Shown: positions 19,546-27,691 of the stretch, piece by piece
Position numbering within the stretch: the first letter of the stretch is position 1
Layout of the letters: the number at the start of each line of letters is the position of its first letter
From: Deltaproteobacteria bacterium
Lineage (GTDB): Bacteria; Myxococcota_A; Polyangia; Polyangiales; Ga0077539
Reading direction: 5' to 3'
Assembly: GCA_016218725.1 (NCBI GenBank)
Contig: JACRDB010000023.1
Location: 4,479-68,478 of the forward strand
DNA length: 64,000 bases
Notes under the pieces: model-generated
The model's input: only the letters and a program-made list of their open reading frames with translations
Database searches by the model: none
What the model was told of the DNA's origin: nothing
Program-made: the position numbers and the translations under genes

Positions 19546-21588
19546 CTACGGGGCTCCGTTGCGCAGGAGGTTGGCGCGCCCCGTGGGCCACGGGAGGCAG
19601 TTCCCCGCGCTCCCCGGCACCGTGAACACCAGCGCCGAGCGCACCCGGTCCACCGCGTCCTTCAGGCTCACCACCACCTCCAGCGCGCCGTCGCCGTCGA
19701 CGTCGGCCACCGTGGGCACGGCCATCGCTCCACGGCCCGGCAGCGCCACCCGATGCAACAGCGCGCCCCGCCCGTCGAGCACGTACAGCGCGCCCGCGCC
19801 GTCGGCGGTGCCGTAGGTGGCGAAGAGCACCTCCGGGCGCCCGTCGCCCGAGAGGTCCGCCACCAGCACTCCCCCGGTGAGCACCGTCCCCAGCGTGGTG
19901 AACGCGTAGCTCCAACGCTCCACGCGGTCCGAGCCCACGCAGTGCACCCGGCCGTCAAAGCCCGCGAAGAGCAGCTCCAGCCCCGGGCTCGAAGCGTCAA
20001 GGTCCGCCACGGTCACCTGGTTGGTGGCCCCCACGATGTTGCCCCCGAGGTCCCAGAGCCCTCCCAGGTACGTGCGCACGTGGAAGGGGTTCACCCACGC
20101 CCCCGGGCGCGTGGCGTCGCTGTGCAGCACCCAGAGGGCCACGCCCCGGAGGCGGTCGGTCTGGGCGGCGTTCTGCACGGAGCTCAGCACCACCAGGTCC
20201 CGCGTGCCGTCCCGGTCGATGTCCGCCAGGGCCGGGGCCGAGTTGGTGAAATGCGCCTGGTTGGCGCTGCGCTCGTCCGGCGCGTAGCCCATGCGCGAGA
20301 GCGCCTCGTCGAGGAAGAACCGCACCCCCGGGGCGCGCGTCACGCCCCGGAAGATGGGCGCCACCGGGAAGGCCTCGCCGCTGCCGCGGTGCCAGGACAT
20401 GTACGCGTTGTCGTGCGGCGCCAGGATGTCCGCGCGGGCGTCCCCGTCCAGGCTCCCCACGGCCACGTTCTGGTCGTAGCCGCCGGTGATGTAGCAGGCG
20501 CTGTCGCAGCGAGAGCTCCGGGTGAGGTTCGGCGGGTACCCCGCGAGCACGCTCCCGTTGCCCCGGAACACCTGCACCAGGTCCCGGGTCCCATCGGGGT
20601 TCGCGCGCTCCGTGGTGACCGCCACCAGCTCCGGGCGCCCGTCGCCGTCTACGTCGCCCGCGGCCAGGCCCCGCACCTCGCTCCTCCACGCCGCGGGGAA
20701 GCCCGGGAGCAGCGCCCCCGCCGCGGAGTACAGGTACACCTGCCCCCCCGCCGCCACGGCCACCTCGCGCTGCGCGTCCCCCACGAAGTCCGCCACCACC
20801 GGCGACGCCCAGATGCGCGAGCGCGACACGTCCACCGCCCAGCGCACGGTCCCGTCGGGCCTCCAGACCACCAGCCTCCCCTCGCGAGGGATCACCACCT
20901 CCCGCACCCCGTCCCGGTCCAGGTCCTCCACCGCAGGGGAAGCGAGCCACGACTCCTGCCAACGATCCGCCAGCGTCCTGCGCAGCACCGGCGCAGCCAC
21001 CCGCGCAGAGCCTCCCCCCGCCGCCGGAGCGCACGCCGTCGGCGGAGGTGAGGTGTCCGGGGGCGGCGCCGTGTCGGGCGGTGTGGTGTCTGGTCGGGCG
21101 GTGTCGGGCGGTGTGGTGTCTGGTCGGGTGGTGTCGGGCGGTGTGGTGTCGGGCGGTGTGGTGTCGGGCGGCGGTGTGGTGTCGGTCCTGGGCGCGTCCA
21201 TGCGCGAGGTGTCGGGCGGTGGCGCGGTGTCCACCCTCGGGGCGTCCGCTCCGGCGTCCGCGCGCGCGTCCGGTGGAGGTAGCGTGTCCGCGGGCGTCAG
21301 GTCCGCGCGAGGGCCGTCCCCGGCGGTGGTGTCCGGGGGCACGAGGGTGTCCTCGGGCGCCAAGTCCTCGGGCGCGTCTTGGGTGTCTGGCGCGCTGGAG
21401 TCCTCGCGCGCCGCGCCGTCGCCGTCCGGGGGCGCGGCGGTGTCCTCTCCCGGCGCGCGGTCCTCCGGTGGCTCCGTGTCCGGCGTGAGCGCGTCGCCGT
21501 CGGGCGCGTCGGGCGCCTCCCCGGAGGGCACGGCCCCGCAGCCCAGACACCACAAGAACACCAGGGATGCGCGCATCGCGCCGAGCAT
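19546..21588 (-). CDS. FG-GAP/VCBS-repeat lipoprotein with PDTTP pentapeptide-repeat linker
   Basis: Start at Met130 of ORF 19546..21975 (MLGAMRASLVFLWCLGC). Repeats AVEDLDRDGVREVV, AAGDVDGDGRPELV, ALADIDRDGTRDLV, VADLSGDGRPEV and VADVDGDGALEVV. Confidence 0.8.
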   Translation of the reverse strand: MLGAMRASLVFLWCLGCGAVPSGEAPDAPDGDALTPDTEPPEDRAPGEDTAAPPDGDGAAREDSSAPDTQDAPEDLAPEDTLVPPDTTAGDGPRADLTPADTLPPPDARADAGADAPRVDTAPPPDTSRMDAPRTDTTPPPDTTPPDTTPPDTTRPDTTPPDTARPDTTPPDTAPPPDTSPPPTACAPAAGGGSARVAAPVLRRTLADRWQESWLASPAVEDLDRDGVREVVIPREGRLVVWRPDGTVRWAVDVSRSRIWASPVVADFVGDAQREVAVAAGGQVYLYSAAGALLPGFPAAWRSEVRGLAAGDVDGDGRPELVAVTTERANPDGTRDLVQVFRGNGSVLAGYPPNLTRSSRCDSACYITGGYDQNVAVGSLDGDARADILAPHDNAYMSWHRGSGEAFPVAPIFRGVTRAPGVRFFLDEALSRMGYAPDERSANQAHFTNSAPALADIDRDGTRDLVVLSSVQNAAQTDRLRGVALWVLHSDATRPGAWVNPFHVRTYLGGLWDLGGNIVGATNQVTVADLDASSPGLELLFAGFDGRVHCVGSDRVERWSYAFTTLGTVLTGGVLVADLSGDGRPEVLFATYGTADGAGALYVLDGRGALLHRVALPGRGAMAVPTVADVDGDGALEVVVSLKDAVDRVRSALVFTVPGSAGNCLPWPTGRANLLRNGAP
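21071..21185. repeat. Tandem 15/30-bp coding repeat (encodes PPDTT/RPDTT units)
   Basis: 21071-21100 and 21101-21130 differ at 1 nt. They are followed by further gggcggtgtggtgtc units. Confidence 0.85.
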
Positions 21589-21658
21589 GCCACGGAGGGC
21601 GCCGCGCACAACGCCGCGGCCCTCGCCGGGGCCCTTTCCGTGACCGGACCCCGGGGCG

Positions 21659-23149
21659 GTGCTACCGTCCTCGGGCGTGTCAGAGTTGTCCGAACCATCG
21701 CCTCGCTCCCTCCGTGCGCTGCCTCCGGCGCACCAGGTCCTGGCGTCGGACGTGGCCCGGAGGCTGTCTGCATCGCTCTCCCCGGAGGCCCTCCTGGGCA
21801 TGGTCCGGGAGGCCCTGGACGGCGTCCGCAGCGAGCTCCTCCAGGGCTCCCTCCCGGAGGACCGCGAGCACCTCACCCTGGTGGCCTCGCGGCGCCTGGA
21901 GGAGCTCAACCGCCAGCGCCGCGTGCCTAAATTACGCCGGGTGTTCAACGCCACCGGGGTGGTGCTCCACACCAACCTCGGCCGCGCGCCCCTCGGCCCC
22001 GAGGCCGCTGCCCGCGTCGCGGAGGCCGCCCAGGGCTACGTCACCCTGGAGTATGACCTCCGCCTCGGCCGCCGAGGACACCGCGACGAACCCCTCAAGC
22101 CCCTCCTGCGTCAGCTCCTCGGCGCCGAGGACGCCCTGGTGGTCAACAACAACGCCGCCGCCGTGCTCCTCGCGGTCACCGCCCTGGCCGCCGGGCGCGA
22201 GGTGCTCGTCTCCCGCGGCGAGCTCGTCGAGATCGGCGGGGGCTTCCGGATCCCTGACGTGCTCGCCTCCTGCGGGGCCCGCCTGGTCGAGGTCGGCACC
22301 ACCAACCGCACCCGCGCCGAGGACTACGCCCGCGCCGTCACCCCCAACACCACCACCCTCCTCAAGGTCCACCGAAGCAATTTCGCCCTCGTGGGCTTCA
22401 CCCGCGAGCCCACCCTCCAGGAGCTCGCCGCGGTGGCCCGGGACCACAAGCTCACGCTTGTGGAAGACCTGGGCTCCGGCGCGCTGGTGGACACCTCGCG
22501 CTTCGGGCTCCCGCGGGAGCCGACGGCGCGCGAGAGCCTGGCGGCGGGCGTGGACCTGGTGACCATCTCCGGGGACAAGCTCCTGGGGGGGCCCCAGGCG
22601 GGGATCGTCGCGGGGCGCGCGGCGGTGGTGGAGCGCCTGCGGGTCCACCCGCTGCTGCGGGCGCTGCGGCCCGGGAGGCTGGTCCTGGCGGCGCTGGAGG
22701 CCACGCTCCAGGCCTACGCCGACGGCCGCGAGGCCGAGCGCGTGCCCGCGGTGGCCGCGCTGGCGCTGTCGGCGGAGGCCGTGAAGGCCCGCGCCGAGGC
22801 GCTCCTGGCGCGCCTCGCGGCGCTCCTGCCGGAGGCGACGCTGGAGCTCGTGCCCACGGAGGCTCGCACCGGGGCGGGCTCGCTGCCCCTCGGGGCGCTG
22901 CGGTCCTGGGCGGTGGCCGTCGGGGGGCGCGCGCCGGACGCCCTGGAGGCAGCCCTCCGCGCGGTGGACGAGCCGGTGCTGGCGCGGCGCTGGAGGGACC
23001 GGGTGCTGCTCGACGCCCGCACGCTGGAGGACCAGGCCCTGGCGTCGGTGGCGCGCGCAGTGAGCGAGGCCTGGCGCCTCGCGGGCGCGCCCCGGAGCGC
23101 GGCGTCGGCGCCCCCGCCGGACCGTGACCATGACAGCGAGGATGCGTGA
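21659..23149 (+). CDS. selA: L-seryl-tRNA(Sec) selenium transferase (selenocysteine synthase)
   Basis: ...FNATGVVLHTNLGRAPLG..., ...VNNNAAAVLL..., ...VTISGDKLLGGPQAGI... (PLP-Lys region). GTG start at 21659; the exact start is uncertain. Confidence 0.88.
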   Translation: MLPSSGVSELSEPSPRSLRALPPAHQVLASDVARRLSASLSPEALLGMVREALDGVRSELLQGSLPEDREHLTLVASRRLEELNRQRRVPKLRRVFNATGVVLHTNLGRAPLGPEAAARVAEAAQGYVTLEYDLRLGRRGHRDEPLKPLLRQLLGAEDALVVNNNAAAVLLAVTALAAGREVLVSRGELVEIGGGFRIPDVLASCGARLVEVGTTNRTRAEDYARAVTPNTTTLLKVHRSNFALVGFTREPTLQELAAVARDHKLTLVEDLGSGALVDTSRFGLPREPTARESLAAGVDLVTISGDKLLGGPQAGIVAGRAAVVERLRVHPLLRALRPGRLVLAALEATLQAYADGREAERVPAVAALALSAEAVKARAEALLARLAALLPEATLELVPTEARTGAGSLPLGALRSWAVAVGGRAPDALEAALRAVDEPVLARRWRDRVLLDARTLEDQALASVARAVSEAWRLAGAPRSAASAPPPDRDHDSEDA

Positions 23150-23793
23150 TGAAGGGTACCTTTCGCGGTCTTGCTTCGCAGGTGCTGGTGGTCAACCGCA
23201 ACCTCCAGGCGGTGCACGTCACGTCGGCGCGCAGGGCCTTCGTACTGCTCTTCACGGACATCGCCCGGGCCCTGGACGAGGCCTGGGCGGCGCACACCTT
23301 CGACGCCTGGAGCGCCCTCACCCCGCGCCCCGAGGACCCGGTGATCGGGACGAGCCGAGGGCACCTCCGGGTGCCGCGGGTGCTGCAGCTCGTGACCTAT
23401 GACCGCCTGCCCCGCACGACCATCCGGCTGACACGCCGCAACGTGTTCCTGCGCGACGCCCACACCTGCCAGTACTGTGGTCGCCGGGCGACGCCTCGGG
23501 ATTTGAACCTGGACCACGTGCACCCGCGCTCCCGCGGCGGGCCCATGAGCTGGGAGAACGTGGTGTGCTCCTGCCGCGTGTGCAACCTCCGCAAGGGGGG
23601 GCGCACGCCCGTGGAGGCCAACATGCGCCTCCTGCGCAAGCCCGTGCGCCCCAGGTGGTCGCCGGTGCTGGCCCTGGCCTTCGCGCCGGACCGCCCGAGG
23701 GAGTGGGACCCGTTCCTGTCCTCGCTGCCCGGGGCCCGGGAGTTCGGCGCCCTCTGGGAGGAGCCCGCGGAGCCCGTGGCGGAGAGCGCGTAA
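23146..23793 (+). CDS. HNH endonuclease family protein
   Basis: ...CQYCGRRATPRDLNLDHVHPRSRGGPMSWENVVCSCRVCNLRKG... (HNH with a CxxC pair). The start overlaps the selA stop by 4 nt. Confidence 0.8.
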   Translation: MMKGTFRGLASQVLVVNRNLQAVHVTSARRAFVLLFTDIARALDEAWAAHTFDAWSALTPRPEDPVIGTSRGHLRVPRVLQLVTYDRLPRTTIRLTRRNVFLRDAHTCQYCGRRATPRDLNLDHVHPRSRGGPMSWENVVCSCRVCNLRKGGRTPVEANMRLLRKPVRPRWSPVLALAFAPDRPREWDPFLSSLPGAREFGALWEEPAEPVAESA

Positions 23794-23799
23794 CGAACG

Positions 23800-24630
23800 C
23801 TAGCGCCGGCGGGGGTGTCGGTGCGCCGGGCGCAGGAGCCTCCGGGGGTGCAGGAGCCTCCGGGGGAGCTGTACGCCCCAGCGACACGCCGCGTCGCCCG
23901 AGGGGCACGGGATGCGCACGTGGAAATGGTTGTCGTGCGGGGACACCCGGGCGGGCTGGGCGAGCACCGACGAGGCCAGGGTCACCAGGCTCCCGCGGGA
24001 GGCGTGGGCGCGGCCGTAGGCCAGGAGCCTGCCGCGCAGGGCGCCGGACACAAAGATGCGCTCGGGGCGCACCTGTCGATCGGACAGGAGGGCCTCGACC
24101 ATGGCCCAGTTGCGGGCGGTGTCGAACTCCAGGCGCCCGTCGGCGGTGCGTCCGGTGGCGGTGAACACCGCGTAGTCCTGGGGGGTCACGGGCTGGCCCC
24201 GGCGGTCCCGGGCAAAGAACGCCAGGTCCGCGTCGCGGCCGCTCTGGTGCGAGCGGTGCCGGGCCACGGGCCCCCCGTTGCGGGCCGACAGGTCCCCCAC
24301 GGTGAGGCGCACCCGGTAGCGCTGGTGGAGCGTCCGGGCCGCGCGCTCCAGGAGCCCGACGAGCTCCTCGGTGCCCCAGTGGAGCGTGCGGCCCGGGAGG
24401 TAGCGCACCGTGGGGCCCTCCTCCAGGCGCCGCCCATGGACCAGCGAGCCGTGGTTGGGGAAGCCCTGGGAGGCGCTGGGCGCGAGCGCTCCTCCCACGG
24501 CGCGGCGCCCGGCCCGGAGCGAGGTCGAGGGTCTCCGAGGGTCCGCCAGGGCGGTGACGGACAGGCACAGCGCCACGGCCAGGAGCCGCAGGGAGCCAGC
24601 GTTCCGGGGCGGGGCGCCGTGTCGCATCAC
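23800..24630 (-). CDS. mepA: Penicillin-insensitive murein endopeptidase (peptidase M74)
   Basis: Signal peptide, then ...RHRSHQSGRDADLAFF... and ...SPHDNHFHVRIPCP..., the characteristic MepA metal-ligand motifs. Confidence 0.85.
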   Translation of the reverse strand: MMRHGAPPRNAGSLRLLAVALCLSVTALADPRRPSTSLRAGRRAVGGALAPSASQGFPNHGSLVHGRRLEEGPTVRYLPGRTLHWGTEELVGLLERAARTLHQRYRVRLTVGDLSARNGGPVARHRSHQSGRDADLAFFARDRRGQPVTPQDYAVFTATGRTADGRLEFDTARNWAMVEALLSDRQVRPERIFVSGALRGRLLAYGRAHASRGSLVTLASSVLAQPARVSPHDNHFHVRIPCPSGDAACRWGVQLPRRLLHPRRLLRPAHRHPRRR

Positions 24631-24686
24631 GGACCCGATAGCACCCTTCGGCGCCGGGCATCAAAAACAAGCCGGTCCCGGAAGAA

Positions 24687-24716
24687 TTGACAAGCTGTCC
24701 GAGCGTTCAGTACGAT
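24687..24716 (+). promoter_or_regulatory. Candidate lexA promoter (TTGACA-18 nt-TACGAT) with a LexA-box-like element (24695-24711) in the spacer
   Basis: TTGACA at 24687-24692 and TACGAT at 24711-24716. CTGTCCGAGCGTTCAGT matches 14/17 positions of the Myxococcus xanthus LexA box as I recall it (CTRHAMRYBYGTTCAGS). It lies 41 nt upstream of the lexA ATG. Confidence 0.45.
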
Positions 24717-24756
24717 ACGTATGAAGACCTGAGCGCCTGCGCTGGAGGAGTCCCTG

Positions 24757-25506
24757 ATGGCCACGCCGAGCAATCACCTACCGTTGACCGAGCGCCAGGA
24801 GAAGATCCTGGGGTACATCCGCACGTCCATCCGTCGCCGGGGCTACCCCCCCACGCTGCGGGAGATCGGCGCGGAGATGAACATCCGGAGCACCAACGGG
24901 GTCAGCGACCACCTGCGGGCCCTGGAGAAGAAGGGGTACCTCAAGCGGGAGGACATGAAGTCCCGGGCCCTGGTGCCCACGCACCCGCGCAACGCCCCGC
25001 TGCCCCCCCTGCCGGACAACGACGGCTGGGAGGATGACGGCGCCTCCCGCGGCGCGCGCAAGGGCTCCGCAGCCCGCCCGGAGCCTGCCAACGTGGTCCG
25101 GGTGCCGCTCCTTGGGCGCGTGGCGGCGGGGCCGCTCACGTCCGCGGTGCAGAACGTGGAGCAGCAGCTCACCATGGACCCGTCGCTCCTGCGCGGCGGG
25201 GGGGAGACCTTCGCCCTGAGGGTGCGGGGCGACTCCATGGTGGACGCGGGCATCCACGAGGGGGACCTGCTCTTCGTGCGGCGGCAGGACACGGCCACCC
25301 GCGGGGACATCGTGGTGGCGCTGGTGGGGGACGAGGCGACGGTCAAGCGCTTCTTCCCGGAGAAGGACCACGTCCGGCTGCAGCCGGAGAACAAGCGCCT
25401 GCAGCCCATCTTCGTGCGCCGGGCGGAGCTGCCCACCTTCCGGATCCTGGGCGTGGCGGTGGGGCTCTTCCGGTCCGTGGGGGGCGTCGGGTCCAAGATC
25501 CTCTGA
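24757..25506 (+). CDS. lexA: LexA repressor
   Basis: N-terminal wHTH LTERQEKILGYIRTSIRRRGYPPTLREIG, cleavage site GRVAAGPL, and the Ser/Lys dyad (GDSMVDAG ... ATVKRF). Confidence 0.93.
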   Translation: MATPSNHLPLTERQEKILGYIRTSIRRRGYPPTLREIGAEMNIRSTNGVSDHLRALEKKGYLKREDMKSRALVPTHPRNAPLPPLPDNDGWEDDGASRGARKGSAARPEPANVVRVPLLGRVAAGPLTSAVQNVEQQLTMDPSLLRGGGETFALRVRGDSMVDAGIHEGDLLFVRRQDTATRGDIVVALVGDEATVKRFFPEKDHVRLQPENKRLQPIFVRRAELPTFRILGVAVGLFRSVGGVGSKIL

Positions 25507-25513
25507 GGGGACC

Positions 25514-26182
25514 TTGTTCGCCCCGCTCCTGCTCGGCGCGGCGGTCACCGGTGCGGCGGCGGCCGGCACCGTGGTGAGCCATTACCGTGAGAGCCTCGGG
25601 CCCTTCACGCTCCGGGAGGTGCGCCTCCTGGCGAAGCTCCCCACCACGCTCATCGGAGACGCGCGGGAGGGCTTCGTGAAGGTGTGCGGCACCGTGGGGT
25701 GTGACACACCCACCCCCGCGGTCTTCGGGGCCATGCCCGTGGCGGTGAGGGAGCTGCGGCACTACGGCATCGAGGGCCGCGGGGCGAGCGCCCACCGGGT
25801 GCTGCGCCGGGTGGAGCGCACGCCCGGGGGCCTCTGGGTGGATGACGGCTCCGGGCGGGTCACGCTGGACCCCACGGAGCTCCGGGTGGACTACGAGGTC
25901 GAGGGCGCCGCGGAGGAGTCCATGGTGGAGGAGCACCGGCTCCGGGTGGGGGAGCGGGTGGCGGTGCTGGGCACCGTACGGCGCGAGGGCGCCCTGGCCG
26001 AGCACCCGCTGCGGGCCTCGAGGGCCCACGGGGACGCGGGGCTGCGCTTCGAGCCCGGGGCGCTCTTGACATGGCGCACGGAGCCCGAGGTCTACCCGAG
26101 GCTCGTCCCGCCGCTCGGGAGCGTCGCGCTGTCGGCGAGCTCCGTGGGCATGGCGGTGCTCGGCGCGCTCCTGCGGCTTTAG
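25514..26182 (+). CDS. Membrane protein with N- and C-terminal TM helices; GIDE-like layout (tentative)
   Basis: TTG start 7 nt after the lexA stop. TM helices MFAPLLLGAAVTGAAAAGTVV and LGSVALSASSVGMAVLGALL. The central VKVCGTVG...WVDDGSGRVTL...GERVAVLGTV pattern resembles the GIDE family (from memory, unverified). Confidence 0.55.
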   Translation: MFAPLLLGAAVTGAAAAGTVVSHYRESLGPFTLREVRLLAKLPTTLIGDAREGFVKVCGTVGCDTPTPAVFGAMPVAVRELRHYGIEGRGASAHRVLRRVERTPGGLWVDDGSGRVTLDPTELRVDYEVEGAAEESMVEEHRLRVGERVAVLGTVRREGALAEHPLRASRAHGDAGLRFEPGALLTWRTEPEVYPRLVPPLGSVALSASSVGMAVLGALLRL

Positions 26183-26194
26183 AGAGCGCGCCCG

Positions 26195-27070
26195 ATGCGC
26201 CTCCTGCGGCTCCCCCCCTGGCGCGAGGCGCTCTTCCATGTGCTCTCGTGGCTGCGCGTGGACGACGCATCGTGCCTCTGGGACGCGGACTACGAGCGCT
26301 GGGCGCGCGAGGCGCTGCCGGCGGCGGCGCTCGATCCGTTGGACGAGGACCGCGCGCTCCTCGGGGCGCTCTACCAGCGCTCGCTCCCGGGCGCGCGGCT
26401 CCTGCACGCGCTGGACCTCCTTCACGGGGACTCCCTGGGCCAGCGCGAGGGCCTGCGTCACACCCTGGCGGAGCTCGCCGGGGGCGCGCTCGCGGGGACC
26501 TGCGACCGGGGGCTCCTGGCGGCGCTCTCGTCGCTGGAGCCGGCGCTGGTGGAGCTCACGCGCGTGGCGCTCGCGCGTGTGCTGCCCGCCTGGGAGCGGG
26601 CCATGGCGGCGCTGGAACCGACGCTGGCGCAAGGGTTTACGGCGCTGGAGAGCGCCCTCCACGAGGCCTCACGTGCGGTGGACCTGCGGGGCGTCACGGT
26701 GTGGGCGGCGCTCCCTCTCGGGCTCCGGGGGCGCAGCCGCGGCGGCGAGGTGCTGGTCGGGCTCCCCGGCGCGTGGGGCGCGGCGTGCGCCCCGCAGGTG
26801 GCGCAGCAGGCGCTTCACGAGCGCGCGGTGGGACTGGCGTCGGAGGCCGTGGGGGAGGGTCTGGGGCCCGAGGCGCGGCACCTTGCGGTGGAGGCGACGG
26901 CGGTGAGGGCGCTGGACCTGGCGCTGCGGGGCACGGGACTGGAGGCGGAGAGGGGGCGCTGGAGGGCGAGGCACGACCTCACGGCGCTAGAGCGGCCGGG
27001 GACGAGCGCGGAGGACGCGGCGCGGGCGGTGGTGCGGCGGCTGCGGCGGAGAGGCTACGGCGAGCGTTGA
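26195..27070 (+). CDS. Hypothetical protein (291 aa, Ala/Leu-rich helical)
   Basis: ORF 12 nt downstream of the previous gene on the same strand. Its composition is less Arg/Pro-skewed than the overlapping frames. No family recognised. Confidence 0.5.
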   Translation: MRLLRLPPWREALFHVLSWLRVDDASCLWDADYERWAREALPAAALDPLDEDRALLGALYQRSLPGARLLHALDLLHGDSLGQREGLRHTLAELAGGALAGTCDRGLLAALSSLEPALVELTRVALARVLPAWERAMAALEPTLAQGFTALESALHEASRAVDLRGVTVWAALPLGLRGRSRGGEVLVGLPGAWGAACAPQVAQQALHERAVGLASEAVGEGLGPEARHLAVEATAVRALDLALRGTGLEAERGRWRARHDLTALERPGTSAEDAARAVVRRLRRRGYGER

Positions 27071-27082
27071 CCGCGGCGGTGT

Positions 27083-27598
27083 TCACTGGGCGTCCGGGTC
27101 GCGGAGCCACGCGTCGAGCGCGGCGCCGTCGAGGTCCAGCACGACGTCCCCGAGGCGGATGGGGCCCACGCGATCGAAGTGTGTTTTGAGGAGCAGCCGC
27201 TCGACGTCGGTGAGGGTACGCCGAAGCTTGCGCTCAAACAGATGCGCCAGGGGTTCGAGGCCCTGTTGGAGGCCCTGTTGGAGGCCCTGTTGGAGGCCCT
27301 GCTGTCGGGTCTGGTTCTCCCACTCGATGATCTCAGACAGGTCTACCACGGGAGGCTCCTCGGACAATAAATCCTGGATGTTGACCCCCACCTCCTTGAG
27401 GCGAGGTCGCAGAAAGAAGAGTAGCAGATGCCAGAGGTGGTCGCGAACGGGACCCGGGGCCATGGCTCTGAACTCGTGTACGGCCTCCCGGAGCGTCACC
27501 CAAGACCACACGAGGAACGAGTCCAGACCTGAGACGGAGCTACCGCGCCGCGGCCCCGCCCAGCACGATGGTGGTGACGCACGCGCCGCCTCGACCAC
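27083..27598 (-). pseudogene. C-terminal remnant of an Rpn-family (PD-(D/E)XK transposase-like) protein / DUF4351-type tail
   Basis: ...EWENQTRQQGLQQGLQQGLQQGLEPLAHLFERKLRRTLTDVERLLLKTHFDRVGPIRLGDVVLDLDGAALDAWL resembles the C-terminal end of the intact Rpn-like gene at 39305..40210 and of DUF4351 proteins. The N-terminal nuclease core is missing. Confidence 0.5.
27257..27304. repeat. 4 x 12-bp tandem repeat (gaggccctgttg) encoding (QQGL)4
   Basis: Direct reading of 27257-27304. Three copies are perfect and the fourth has 1 mismatch. Confidence 0.9.
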
Positions 27599-27691
27599 GG
27601 CGCCCTACCGCCGCGCGACATCGGGCGCTGCGCCGGTAGACCCGAGCAGGCCGGGTGAAGGCCAGCGCCTCGTCGGCCCCGCGCGCGGCGG

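Noticed and set aside
17576-19915. 779-aa minus-strand ORF
   Set aside because: It lies antisense to the hybrid histidine kinase, which has clear H, N, G and receiver motifs.
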